From assembly GCA_000743035.1 (NCBI GenBank), contig CP008936.1, positions 1,620,001 through 1,652,000 on the forward strand: a stretch of DNA of 32,000 bases, written 5' to 3'. The notes beneath the pieces were generated by a model. The model made no database searches and was not told the DNA's origin. It saw only the letters and a list, made by a program, of their open reading frames with translations. This document shows, piece by piece, positions 1 through 9,259 of the stretch. The stretch comes from Candidatus Paracaedimonas acanthamoebae. GTDB lineage: Bacteria > Pseudomonadota > Alphaproteobacteria > Caedimonadales > Caedimonadaceae. The translations under genes were made by a program, and so were the position numbers. Within the stretch, counting starts at the first letter, position 1; each line of letters starts with the position of its first letter.

Positions 1-251
1 TTATAGATGGTTTTTAATTCTTTAAGGCTGAGAAGCTCTGTGTTCAGATTTCCACTTGAACGGTTAAAATATTGTAAAGGAATTATTTTAATTCCAGCGG
101 CTTCAATTTGTTTTTGGCAATCACTCAAAGAAGTAATTAAAAATACATCATAACCTTTTGCAAGAGCCACTTTTGCAAGAGGAAGACGATGAGTACAAAA
201 ATACCAATCTTCAGAAACAAAATAAAGAAGCCGTTTTGATTTTTTGCTCAT
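1..251 (-). CDS. glycosyltransferase (GT4/GT1 fold), N-terminal ~83 codons only; gene continues past the left edge
   Basis: Own translation of the reverse strand from the ATG at 249-251 gives MSKKSKRLLYFVSEDWYFCTHRLPLAKVALAKGYDVFLITSLSDCQKQIEAAGIKIIPL... The DW(Y/F)F..HRLP.A.....GY.V N-terminus is typical of GT4-type sugar transferases. It is absent from the ORF track because the window edge truncates it. Confidence 0.55.
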   Translation of the reverse strand, partial: MSKKSKRLLYFVSEDWYFCTHRLPLAKVALAKGYDVFLITSLSDCQKQIEAAGIKIIPLQYFNRSSGNLNTELLSLKELKTIY

Positions 252-296
252 AAGTTACCTTTATGCTAATTTTACTTATCATACCTTGGAGGCATC

Positions 297-953
297 ATGA
301 AACAACATCCTAAAATTTCGAGTTCGATACTCTCTGCAAATTTTGCATCTCTAGGGAAAGAAATTGCAGATGTAACCCAAGCAGGTGCCGATTCAATACA
401 TATAGATGTAATGGACGGGCATTTTGTCCCTAATATCACCTTGGGACCTCAAGTCATCAGAGCAATACGCCCTTACTCGCCTCTTCCTTTTGATGTGCAT
501 TTAATGATTAATAATGTTGATTCTTACCTTGAGTTTTTTGCTGCCGCGGGAGCAGATCGTCTCATTGTTCATCCTGAAGCTGAACCTCATATACATCGAA
601 TCCTTCAAAGAATTAAGAAGCTTGGTAAGAAAGCGGGGGTCGCTCTTAATCCAGCCACTTCACCTCGTGCTATTGAGTATTTGATAAATGAAATTGATTA
701 TATCCTTATAATGACAGTAAATCCTGGTTTTGGTGGCCAAAGTTTTATTTCTCAGCAGCTCGAAAAAATTAAAGTGGTTCGTTCTATTGTAGGAACGCAG
801 CCCATTGAAATTGCTGTTGATGGGGGTGTCACCCTTGAAAATTCTCAACAGATTATAGAGGCTGGTGCATCCACTCTTGTGGCAGGTACATCTATTTTCA
901 ATGACTTAGGGTACGAAAATAATATAAGGCGTTTAAGGGGAGAAATAGCTTAA
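297..953 (+). CDS. rpe: ribulose-phosphate 3-epimerase
   Basis: 218-aa ORF. Motifs SILSANF..LG, IHIDVMDGHFVPNITLG and MTVNPGFGGQSF are hallmark Rpe motifs. Confidence 0.95.
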   Translation: MKQHPKISSSILSANFASLGKEIADVTQAGADSIHIDVMDGHFVPNITLGPQVIRAIRPYSPLPFDVHLMINNVDSYLEFFAAAGADRLIVHPEAEPHIHRILQRIKKLGKKAGVALNPATSPRAIEYLINEIDYILIMTVNPGFGGQSFISQQLEKIKVVRSIVGTQPIEIAVDGGVTLENSQQIIEAGASTLVAGTSIFNDLGYENNIRRLRGEIA

Positions 954-1034
954 ATTATAATATTGAATTTTGTTTACAATTCTTTCTTGCAAATTCTTTT
1001 TACTTGGTTATGATCCATTCATATTTCTTGGGGC

Positions 1035-1109
1035 GCGGGCGTAGCTCAGGGGTAGAGCACAACCTTGCCAAGGTTGGGGTCGAGGGTTCAAATCCCTTCG
1101 CCCGCTCCA
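1035..1109 (+). tRNA. tRNA-Gly (anticodon GCC)
   Basis: Cloverleaf folded by eye. Acceptor GCGGGCG/CGCCCGC, D arm GCTC-AGGGGTA-GAGC, anticodon arm CAACC-TTGCCAA-GGTTG, T arm GAGGG-TTCAAAT-CCCTT, encoded CCA. Confidence 0.92.
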
Positions 1110-1293
1110 TTTAATAAATGAGTCTTTAATAATAAGTATATTTCTATCACCATATTGAAATCATATTATCGTATAATTCTTTGAAAAACCTTATTCATCG
1201 TTTTCCTTCTTTTAAAATCTTAAAATAAATCAGCGTTACAATTTCCAGTATTACTTAAATTTTTATCAATTAATTTTTGAGGAAGCTATTTTT

Positions 1294-2466
1294 ATGCAAC
1301 AATTTATTCTGCCTGTTTTATTGATATTATCTTTGATCCCATGTTGTATTGAAATCGATATTTCAGCTCCAAGTTTTCCAGAAATTGCCTCATATTTTGG
1401 CGTTTCAGAAGGAAAGGTAGGGATGACGATCGCTTATAATTTTCTGGGATTTTGGGTCTCAGCTGTTCTATATGGGCCTTTGTCGGAATGTTATGGTAGA
1501 AGAAGAATAATGATTTCTGGGAATGCCCTGCTTTTGATAGGTGCCTTTGGATGTGGGACCGTGACTACAATAGACCAACTCTTGATTTGGAGATTTATCC
1601 AAGGTTTGGGGGCGAGCACTTCTGCTGTTATTGTATTTGCAATGGTAGCAGACGTCTATAAAGGAAATAAAGCAATTCGGTTGATAGGTGTTATGAATGC
1701 AATATTAACCTTCATTATGGCTATTGCTCCCGTTATCGGAAGTTTTATTAACCGCGCTTGGGGATGGCGAGGTAATTATTTTATTGTGGCAGGTGTCAGT
1801 CTTATTTCTTGGATTTTACTTCTTAAAATGCTGCCTGAGACAAAAAGAAATCTGCAAAAATTTCACTTTGGAAAAATTCACCAGGATTACAAAACTTTAT
1901 TAAAGAGCCCTGAATTTATAGGAACTTCTTTTGTACCAAGTATGCTTTATGCTTCTTACATGGCATTTATTGCGTGTGGGCCGTTTTTATATATGGAAAC
2001 TTTTAAGCTTTCAATATTTACATATGCTTGCCATCAAGGAGCCATCATTGCTATTTTTTCTTTGATAAGTTTAAGTTCCGATCATGTGATGGGAGTACTA
2101 GGAAAAAAGAATTGTATTGTATTCGGTGTAACCGCGTCTTTTATAAGTGCTGCTGTGCTTAACATTATAAGTCTTTTCTGGCCAAATTCTCCTTTTTTAG
2201 TAACGAGTTTTATGATTATTTTTTGTATGGGATTTGCTTTATGCTATCCAATAATTTTTAGTGCGTCACTTGAATTATTTCCAAAGATTAAAGGAATAGC
2301 TTCTTCTTTGACGATGGCTTTGCGAGCGTTAATATGTGCCTTAGTTGTAGGGGTGACGAGTTTTTTTTACAATGGGCACCCTCTCTCGGTATTTTTTGTC
2401 GTCTTGTTAGCAACCATTTTTGTATTTATGCTAACGCGATACTATCTTCTTAAGAAGATATTTTAA
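1294..2466 (+). CDS. MFS transporter, Bcr/CflA-type drug:H+ antiporter family
   Basis: 390-aa strongly hydrophobic ORF with about 12 TM segments. GPLSECYGRRRIM (MFS motif A-like) and RFIQGLGAS match the Bcr/CflA subfamily layout. Confidence 0.85.
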   Translation: MQQFILPVLLILSLIPCCIEIDISAPSFPEIASYFGVSEGKVGMTIAYNFLGFWVSAVLYGPLSECYGRRRIMISGNALLLIGAFGCGTVTTIDQLLIWRFIQGLGASTSAVIVFAMVADVYKGNKAIRLIGVMNAILTFIMAIAPVIGSFINRAWGWRGNYFIVAGVSLISWILLLKMLPETKRNLQKFHFGKIHQDYKTLLKSPEFIGTSFVPSMLYASYMAFIACGPFLYMETFKLSIFTYACHQGAIIAIFSLISLSSDHVMGVLGKKNCIVFGVTASFISAAVLNIISLFWPNSPFLVTSFMIIFCMGFALCYPIIFSASLELFPKIKGIASSLTMALRALICALVVGVTSFFYNGHPLSVFFVVLLATIFVFMLTRYYLLKKIF

Positions 2467-2532
2467 AGGATGGAAATTAAAAATTGTAAAAAGCCTAACG
2501 CTATGATCAAGTTTGATTTGAGGGGGAATTTT

Positions 2533-2868
2533 ATGTCTATTGCTTACGACATTTGCGAGAAGGTTGATTAACGGTCTGGTATTGTTGTTCAGGCGGAGTT
2601 TTTTGGAAGGGCAAAAAAGCCTGCTTACAAAGTATAGGTTGATTTTGGCCCTGGAATAGGAGTCAAAAAGACATCCGCACAAATTACAAAACACTATACA
2701 CCCGAAAGTTTAATAGGTCGTCTTGTAATCGGATGTATCAATCTTGAGCTAAGAAATATTGCAGGCTTTATGTCTGAATTTTTGCTAGTTGGGTGCGCAG
2801 ATAGTAATGGAGATATTTGTTTATTAACAACAGAACATCCAATTTCCAAAGGTCAGAAAGTTTTCTAA
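2533..2868 (+). pseudogene. CsaA/YgjH-like tRNA-binding (OB-fold) protein gene, inactivated by two in-frame stop codons
   Basis: Own translation in one frame gives MSIAYDICEKVD*RSGIVVQAEFFGRAKKPAYKV*VDFGPGIGVKKTSAQITKHYTPESLIGRLVIGCINLELRNIAGFMSEFLLVGCADSNGDICLLTTEHPISKGQKVF*. This matches the ~110-aa tRNA-binding protein family (..VD[LI]RVG.IV.AE.F..A.KPAYKL[WK]IDFG.EIGVK.SSAQIT..Y.PE.L.G). The stops are TAA at 2569-2571 (Leu/Ile expected) and TAG at 2635-2637 (Trp/Lys expected). No frameshifts. The ORF track shows only a spurious antisense ORF here. Confidence 0.8.
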
Positions 2869-2998
2869 AATAAAAAATAAAAGTTCTTTATGCAAATGGG
2901 GTATACATACGGATAGCGGTGAATACGCTTAAATATCGGCACAAACTATCTGCTTGTGATCTAAGAATGAAGAAATTATAGTAACTTAGCTATCTTTT

Positions 2999-4051
2999 TT
3001 GGGGGTTACGGTGTCTCATTTTTATATAATAAGAAGCGTCATTCTATTTTGCATTTTCTCCTCATTCTGCAATGCTCAAGATCCACAATTTCAATATTTA
3101 AAAACACCTGATGGCTTGACGCTTAGAGTTGCTCATTGGGTAAATTCAAAACCTCATCTACATTCCAAGACAATTTTATTTTTAGAAGGAAGAGGTTCAT
3201 TTATTGAGTTGAATCAAGAAACGGTTCAAGATCTTCTTATTCAGGGGCATGATGTTTGGGTATTTGATTGGCGTGGACAAGGAGGATCAAGCCGTCTTCT
3301 CGATAATCCGCAAAAGGTTCATATTGATCGATATGAAACTTACTTAAAAGATCTCTATCAGGTTGTTCACCAGATGGTGAAACCTAAAGCACGTTTTCCC
3401 TTAATTTTTTTGGGTATTTCTTTTGGGGGGCATATGGCGCTACGTTATGCACTCGCTCATGAGGAAGATCTTGAGGGAATGATTCTTGTCTCACCTATGC
3501 TGGATGTTCATACAAATCCTTTTCCTTATGCTTTTGCCCGTGCCTTGACACGAACAGCACTGCTTTTAGGATTTGGTGAGACGTATGCGGCTGGTTATGG
3601 TGACTATAATCCTTTTGTAGAACGCTTTAAGGAAAATCTTAATACACAAGATCATCTTCGTTATGAATGGCAAAGAAAACTATCCATGAATAATATACAA
3701 CTAATAACAGGGGGCCCCACCTACAGCTGGGTAAATGCGACTTTTAATTCCATTGACTATATCCAGCAACCAGGTTTCTTAGAATCAATTAAAGTACCAA
3801 CCCTCCTTCTCAGTGCAGGTCTTGATAAAGTGGTTAACAATTCACGGGATAAAGAGTTGTGCCGTAAAATGGCTGCTTGCCACCAAAAGACATACTTTAA
3901 TGCCTATCATAATATTCCAAATGAAAAAAATATTATTAGGGATCAATTTTTAATAGATGTTGCTCAATTCTTAAAAAATTTAGATTCTCACCCTTCAGAA
4001 ATAATCCTTCAAAAAGTAGAGAATAATATAAAAGCCAATAACGTGCTTTAA
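2999..4051 (+). CDS. lysophospholipase L2 (PldB)-like alpha/beta hydrolase with N-terminal signal sequence
   Basis: 350-aa ORF. DWRGQGGSSRL, nucleophile elbow GISFGGH and GGPTYSWV follow the PldB/lysophospholipase layout. Hydrophobic N-terminus ends ..FSSFCNAQ. The track start is TTG at 2999; GTG at 3011 is an alternative. Confidence 0.8.
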   Translation: MGVTVSHFYIIRSVILFCIFSSFCNAQDPQFQYLKTPDGLTLRVAHWVNSKPHLHSKTILFLEGRGSFIELNQETVQDLLIQGHDVWVFDWRGQGGSSRLLDNPQKVHIDRYETYLKDLYQVVHQMVKPKARFPLIFLGISFGGHMALRYALAHEEDLEGMILVSPMLDVHTNPFPYAFARALTRTALLLGFGETYAAGYGDYNPFVERFKENLNTQDHLRYEWQRKLSMNNIQLITGGPTYSWVNATFNSIDYIQQPGFLESIKVPTLLLSAGLDKVVNNSRDKELCRKMAACHQKTYFNAYHNIPNEKNIIRDQFLIDVAQFLKNLDSHPSEIILQKVENNIKANNVL

Positions 4052-4067
4052 GCTTAAGAATAATTAA

Positions 4068-5273
4068 TTACATTTGCAGTTCTGAAACAGCTTTTTTTAT
4101 TCTTTCGCATGCTATGCGTAATTTAGGTAAATCCGTAGCATAAGATAAACGAAAATAGGGTGAAAGACCAAAAGCTGAACCCGGAACAACAGCGATTCCA
4201 TAGGTTTCAAGTAAATAACTTGCAAAATCTTGATCAGAATTAATAATTTCGCCCTTAAGTATGGATTTTCCTATAACACCTTGGCAATTAATATACATGT
4301 AAAAAGCCCCTTCTGGAAGGACGCAAGAAAATTCCTTGATTTGTTCCATTTCATTAAAAACAACATTTCTTCTTTCTTGAAGAGTTTTGTTCCACTCTTC
4401 TAAAAATGTTTGAGGGCCGTTAAGAGCCGCTACAGCTGCTGCTTGAGAAATGGCACTTGGGCTAGAGGTAGAATGTGATTGGATGCTTGTCATGGCTTGA
4501 ATAAGCCATTGAGGCCCTCCTGCATATCCTAGACGCCATCCTGTCATTCCATATGCTTTAGAAACCCCATTGAGAGTCAAAGTGCGTACTTTGAGGCGAG
4601 GTTCTAAAGAAGCTATCGTGGAAAAAGGTTCAGAATTGAAGCGCACATGTTCATAAATATCGTCACTTAAAACCATGACGTGAGGATATTTAAGTAAAAC
4701 TTCAGCAATTGCTTCGAGTTCTGCGTTAGTATAAATAGCACCTGTAGGATTTGATGGGGAATTTAATATTAACCACTTCGTCCGCGGTGTGATGCTTTTT
4801 TCTAATGCTTGAGGACTAATTTTAAATTGCTCTTCTTGTGAGCAATCAATAATAATAGGCTTTCCCTCAGTTAAGTACACAATATCTAGATAAGAAACCC
4901 AATAAGGTGCGGGCACAATCACTTCATCATTGGGGCCTACTGTTGCAAGAAATGCATTGAAGATGGATTGCTTCGCTCCTGTGGACGCTATAATTTCATA
5001 AGGCTTGTAATCAAGGTTATTTTCTCGCCTAAATTTCTCAATAATGGCTTGTTTTAAGACAGGAGTCCCTCCCACAGCAGTATATTTCATGTCTCCTTGC
5101 ATCATAGTTTGACAAGCAGCTTCACAAATCCATGAGGGGGTGGGAAAATCTAATTCGCCAGTTGTTAAAGAGATGATATCATGACCTTGAGCTTTTAACT
5201 CACTGGCTTTTTGGCTCAAACTTAAAGTTGAAGAAGGTTTTACCGATTTTAGTCTGTCACTTATGGAATTCAT
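4068..5273 (-). CDS. aspartate (class I, PLP-dependent) aminotransferase
   Basis: 401-aa ORF. LNSPSNPTG and the PLP-lysine region NGVSKAYGMTGWRLGY are typical of AspC/AatA-type aminotransferases. Confidence 0.9.
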   Translation of the reverse strand: MNSISDRLKSVKPSSTLSLSQKASELKAQGHDIISLTTGELDFPTPSWICEAACQTMMQGDMKYTAVGGTPVLKQAIIEKFRRENNLDYKPYEIIASTGAKQSIFNAFLATVGPNDEVIVPAPYWVSYLDIVYLTEGKPIIIDCSQEEQFKISPQALEKSITPRTKWLILNSPSNPTGAIYTNAELEAIAEVLLKYPHVMVLSDDIYEHVRFNSEPFSTIASLEPRLKVRTLTLNGVSKAYGMTGWRLGYAGGPQWLIQAMTSIQSHSTSSPSAISQAAAVAALNGPQTFLEEWNKTLQERRNVVFNEMEQIKEFSCVLPEGAFYMYINCQGVIGKSILKGEIINSDQDFASYLLETYGIAVVPGSAFGLSPYFRLSYATDLPKLRIACERIKKAVSELQM

Positions 5274-5396
5274 ACTTAAATAGCCTATGCTTTAAAGAGG
5301 AAATTTTAACACTATGAATATTCTTATAAATGACAATAGGAATATTTTATAGATAAATTTGAATTATCCTGATTAAGGATATTATTCTTAATAGAA

Positions 5397-6308
5397 TTAA
5401 GTTTCGAGTAAATTTTTAGGCCATCGGCGGTGAAGCCATAGCCACTGTTCTGGATGTTGTCGAATCCAGCTTTCAAAAAGCTCATTCATTTGTATTAAGA
5501 GGTCCGTTGTTTGCTCTTGGAGGCTCCCTTTTATTCTCGGCTTAAGAGGAGGATGATAGGTGACACGAAAATGAGCATTAGGGAGCCTTTCAACCTGAAT
5601 GGGAATGAAAGGGCAATCAAGTTTTAAAGCTATACGAGCTGGAGCGGAAGGAGTCATCGCAGGAATACCAAAAAAAGGAATGAGCTCTCCTTCTCGCAAC
5701 TTTTGATCTAAAAGCATAGAGACAATCCCTCCTTTTCGAAGAGTTGCCAGCATTTTTCGAGCGCCCTCAGGTCCTTTCGTGATAACGTCTTGAGCGATTC
5801 TTTTATGAATAAAATGAATTAGTTTATCCGTTAAGGGATAATTGAGGCGTCTATATAATTGAGTAATTTTGAGACCTTTTTGTGTGCCAACCATTGTCGC
5901 AATCTCCCAATGAGCGAGATGTGCCAAGAATAAAATGGCGGGTCCGCCATTTTTATGAAGTTGTTCAATAATTTCACCGCCAACAACTTCAACGCGACTA
6001 TTCGGTTTATAAATTTTAAAACGGGGAAGAGACATGTATTCAAAAAAGCCTCGAGCAAAATTCTCCCACATGCCAGCAACAATTTTCTTACGTTCAGCAA
6101 AAGAAAGTTCAGGCATTACAAGTTCAATATTTTTATAAGCGCGGCGTGAGAAGGGAAGGTGAATTAAAGCAAATCTTGCGATAAAACCAACTCCATTCGA
6201 GCCCCAGGAGAAAGGTAAGTAATAAAATATAACATACACTATCCCTATGAAGGAAAATTGCAAAAAGTCGATAAAAAATCGGAGTAATTTATTAGATTTT
6301 TTCTTCAT
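5397..6308 (-). CDS. lpxL: lipid A biosynthesis lauroyl/myristoyl acyltransferase (LpxL/HtrB family)
   Basis: 303-aa ORF with an N-terminal TM segment and HLAHWE (HX4E acyltransferase motif). It is the last gene of the lipid A/Kdo operon and overlaps the lpxK end by 17 nt. Confidence 0.85.
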   Translation of the reverse strand: MKKKSNKLLRFFIDFLQFSFIGIVYVIFYYLPFSWGSNGVGFIARFALIHLPFSRRAYKNIELVMPELSFAERKKIVAGMWENFARGFFEYMSLPRFKIYKPNSRVEVVGGEIIEQLHKNGGPAILFLAHLAHWEIATMVGTQKGLKITQLYRRLNYPLTDKLIHFIHKRIAQDVITKGPEGARKMLATLRKGGIVSMLLDQKLREGELIPFFGIPAMTPSAPARIALKLDCPFIPIQVERLPNAHFRVTYHPPLKPRIKGSLQEQTTDLLIQMNELFESWIRQHPEQWLWLHRRWPKNLLET

Positions 6309-7281
6309 GATTTACAGCTTTATAGATAAGATTTGAAAACAAATTTTCTTCCTCAATGATCACATGGGCATGAATTATTTTTACCTCTTGGCGCACGTCA
6401 TGAGAAAGGCGCAAGAAATCTTTTTCGGTTGTGACCAATTGTGCTTTAAGTTGTTTTGCTTGTACACACAATTCATTTAAATCTCGAGGCTTAAAAAAAT
6501 AATGATCAGGGAAAGCTTTTTCCGCGACTACATGAAGGCCATAGTTACGTAACATCGCAAAAAATTTTTCGGGATGTCCAATGCCTGCAAAAGCATAAAT
6601 AGGTTGATTTCTTAGAGCTTGAATGTCATTTACATGAGGAGTCAGGTCTCCGTGAAAAATGGGGCAAATTCCTCGCCATCTTTTTTCAAGAAGATGATTA
6701 TCTCTTCCCATCATCATTATAATGTTTGCTTTTTTAAGGGCGCTTTCAACCGTTTCACGTAAAGGGCCTGCAGGAAAGATTCGCCCATTTCCTAATCCAT
6801 ATTCGCCATTAACAACAATAATTGAAAAATTTTTGTAAAGATTTGGATTTTGCAATCCATCATCTAGTATCAGAATTTCTGCCCCTGCTTTGGTGGCTGC
6901 TTTAGCGCCTTCAGCTTTGTTTTTAGCGATCCATGTTGGAGCGGTTTGAGCCAGTAAAAGAGGTTCATCTCCTACTTCTGGCGCAGTGTGAAAAACAGGA
7001 TTAACAAGTAAAGGACCCTTTAGTTTTCCACCATATCCTCTTGATAAAATATGAACATTAAAACCTTGCTCTTTCAAAGCTGCGGCAATCATTATGGTGA
7101 CAGGTGTTTTGCCTGCGCCTCCCAAGACTATATTCCCAACACAGATTACAGGGATTTGGACTTTTGTCGTTGTTGCAAATCTTTCTCTTTGAGATGTAAC
7201 CAATCGATATAGGGCTCCAAAAGGTGACAACAGTACTCCCCACAAACTGTCTTCATTTTTCCAAAAAAGAGGGGCTTTCAA
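6292..7281 (-). CDS. lpxK: tetraacyldisaccharide 4'-kinase
   Basis: 329-aa ORF with P-loop VGNIVLGGAGKTP, characteristic of LpxK. The TTG start overlaps the waaA stop (TTGA). Confidence 0.9.
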   Translation of the reverse strand: MKAPLFWKNEDSLWGVLLSPFGALYRLVTSQRERFATTTKVQIPVICVGNIVLGGAGKTPVTIMIAAALKEQGFNVHILSRGYGGKLKGPLLVNPVFHTAPEVGDEPLLLAQTAPTWIAKNKAEGAKAATKAGAEILILDDGLQNPNLYKNFSIIVVNGEYGLGNGRIFPAGPLRETVESALKKANIIMMMGRDNHLLEKRWRGICPIFHGDLTPHVNDIQALRNQPIYAFAGIGHPEKFFAMLRNYGLHVVAEKAFPDHYFFKPRDLNELCVQAKQLKAQLVTTEKDFLRLSHDVRQEVKIIHAHVIIEEENLFSNLIYKAVNHEEKI

Positions 7282-8555
7282 GATTGTTTTCCTATTTCAT
7301 CGAGATAAGGAGATAAAACCGTAATGACTTGCTCAAGTGTTTTATTTTGTGCTGATGCAACCTCAAAAGCTGCTTCAGAGAATTTCTGGCATAAGGGAGG
7401 ATTTTTGAGCAGTTCAGTAACTTTCGCAGCAAGCTGCAAGGCATTCTGAATTTCAATACTTGCTTGATGAGTTTGAAATAATGTGACTAATTCACGTGAT
7501 TTATGGGTGTGAGGTCCATGCAAGATAACAGAATTAAGTAAGGCAGGTTCAATAAGATTATGACCTCCTATGGGAACAAGAGATCCTCCAACAAAAACAA
7601 TGGTGATCAAACGATAAAAAAGCCCTGTTTCTCCTAACGTGTCGCATAGATATATATCAGTATCATTAGAAGGCAATTCTCCAATTGAGCGCCGAGCAAC
7701 TTTAAATTTTTTATTAAGTGTTTCTATGATTTCATTCCCTCTTTCGGGGTGTCGAGGCAAAATGATTGTCAAGAGTTCAGGATAGCTTTGACGAATGAAA
7801 GAGTGAGCCTCAGCGATGAAAATTTCCTCAGAAGGATGAGTGCTTGCAGCCAACCAAACAGGGCGATCCTTAATTTTAGTTTGTAATACTTTCAAATCAT
7901 TTTTTCGATAACTTAATGGCTTAGCCGAGAATTTTAGATTCCCAATCGTAGTAACATTAGAAGCACCCAAAAACTTTAAACGGGATGCTTGCTCAGGAGA
8001 AGGGGAAATGCACAATGCAAAACACTTTAGAAGTGGTTTTATAAAGCTTTTTAACCAAAGCCATCGTTGATATGAACGATCTGAAAGACGCGCATTTAAA
8101 AGAATAAGATTAATTTTTTGAGCCGTTGTTTCTAAAATAAGATTTGGCCAGAGTTCTGATTCAATCCATAAAGCAAGAGAAGGTTTCCAATGAGTGAGGA
8201 AACGTTGAACCCATCTTTTTGCATCTAAAGGAGAAAATTGATGAAAAGCTTTTTTGGGAAGACGTTGGGCTATTAATTTTGCAGAACTGACCGTGCTGGT
8301 AGTTATTAAGAAATATAAAGTGGGATATAATTTATTCAAAAGTTCAATCAAGCTCAAGATCGACAAAGATTCTCCAACGCTTGCTGCATGAAACCAAATT
8401 AAGGGTCCTGGGGGCCTTTTTATAGTAGCAATACCGTACCTTTCAAGGTAACGAACAGAATCTTCCTTACCTTTCTTCAAACGTCGTCGTACATGAAGTT
8501 TAAGCAAAGCCTCTACTAGATAAGATGTCAAAAAACGATACACGGATAAAAGCAT
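7278..8555 (-). CDS. waaA: 3-deoxy-D-manno-octulosonic acid (Kdo) transferase
   Basis: 425-aa ORF. WFHAASVGE and GGSL.P.GGHN.IEPA are motifs of WaaA/KdtA. Confidence 0.92.
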   Translation of the reverse strand: MLLSVYRFLTSYLVEALLKLHVRRRLKKGKEDSVRYLERYGIATIKRPPGPLIWFHAASVGESLSILSLIELLNKLYPTLYFLITTSTVSSAKLIAQRLPKKAFHQFSPLDAKRWVQRFLTHWKPSLALWIESELWPNLILETTAQKINLILLNARLSDRSYQRWLWLKSFIKPLLKCFALCISPSPEQASRLKFLGASNVTTIGNLKFSAKPLSYRKNDLKVLQTKIKDRPVWLAASTHPSEEIFIAEAHSFIRQSYPELLTIILPRHPERGNEIIETLNKKFKVARRSIGELPSNDTDIYLCDTLGETGLFYRLITIVFVGGSLVPIGGHNLIEPALLNSVILHGPHTHKSRELVTLFQTHQASIEIQNALQLAAKVTELLKNPPLCQKFSEAAFEVASAQNKTLEQVITVLSPYLDEIGKQS

Positions 8556-9259
8556 TATTTTCCTTCATCTGCCGGGATAGGTGCATGCCCACAAAGCTGA
8601 TCGACATAATCAGAAATATGACTAAGAGTGGTTTCAACTTTTAATAAAGTTTCATTAATTTCTTCTTCAGTTGCAGAAGATGGGACATAAATTGGATCTC
8701 CTGTAATAAAAATATTTCTGCCAAAAGGAAGGGCAAAAATGAATCGATCCCAAGAATTTATCACTCGTCGGTGTGTGGTTGAATAACTTATTGGAAGAAT
8801 AGGACATCCTGCTAATTTTGCAATCTGTACAACACCTCCTCTTGCTTTAAAACGTGGACCTCGTGGTCCGTCCGGTGTGATTCCAATATAGTTCTGTTCT
8901 TTTAAAAGTCTTAATAAATGACGAAGCGCTTGGGTACCACCTTTTGTTGAAGATCCTGCCACGCTTAAAATTCCATAATGTCTAATAGTTTCTGAAATTA
9001 AAAGGCCATCTCGATGAGCAGAGATTAGCATATGCATTTTATTTTTTTGGCCAGCCCATGAAAAACTCATCATTAATAAACGGTTGTGCCAAAAACAGAG
9101 AATAAAAGGAGTATTCGATTCAAGGAGTTTATCCATGGCTTCTCGGTTAATCCATTGTTGCTTTGAAGTAATAAAAACAAACTTTATGTAATAGGCAATT
9201 AAGTGAGAAAAACCACGAATGATGAAAGGATTTTTTAAAAGTTTTTTGAAAAAGCGCAT
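8555..9259 (-). CDS. DUF374-domain protein (lysophospholipid-acyltransferase-like), conserved partner of msbA/waaA
   Basis: 234-aa ORF with the ITPDGPRGPR motif typical of DUF374. It is packed between msbA and waaA with 0-1 nt spacing. Confidence 0.8.
   Translation of the reverse strand: MRFFKKLLKNPFIIRGFSHLIAYYIKFVFITSKQQWINREAMDKLLESNTPFILCFWHNRLLMMSFSWAGQKNKMHMLISAHRDGLLISETIRHYGILSVAGSSTKGGTQALRHLLRLLKEQNYIGITPDGPRGPRFKARGGVVQIAKLAGCPILPISYSTTHRRVINSWDRFIFALPFGRNIFITGDPIYVPSSATEEEINETLLKVETTLSHISDYVDQLCGHAPIPADEGK

Noticed and set aside
660-848. Short ORFs nested inside or antisense to long genes (660-848, 5831-6100, 5955-6149, 7058-7243, 9384-9569, 9469-9750, 9797-10036, 10764-10961, 13162-13377, 14481-14783, 16632-16856, 17331-17570, 18208-18408, 19562-19935, 20134-20551, 21912-22127, 22302-22502, 24290-24556, 25154-25348, 25624-25818, 26490-26675, 27445-27651, 28468-28692, 29170-29364, 29636-29884, 30778-30987)
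   Set aside because: Each is fully overlapped by a longer ORF with strong family motifs. These are typical shadow ORFs of AT-rich DNA with no independent translation signals.
2431-2694. 87-aa ORF on the minus strand from the ORF track
   Set aside because: It lies antisense to a clearly homologous (though stop-interrupted) CsaA/YgjH-like reading frame on the + strand. It has low-complexity composition, no SD and no family resemblance.
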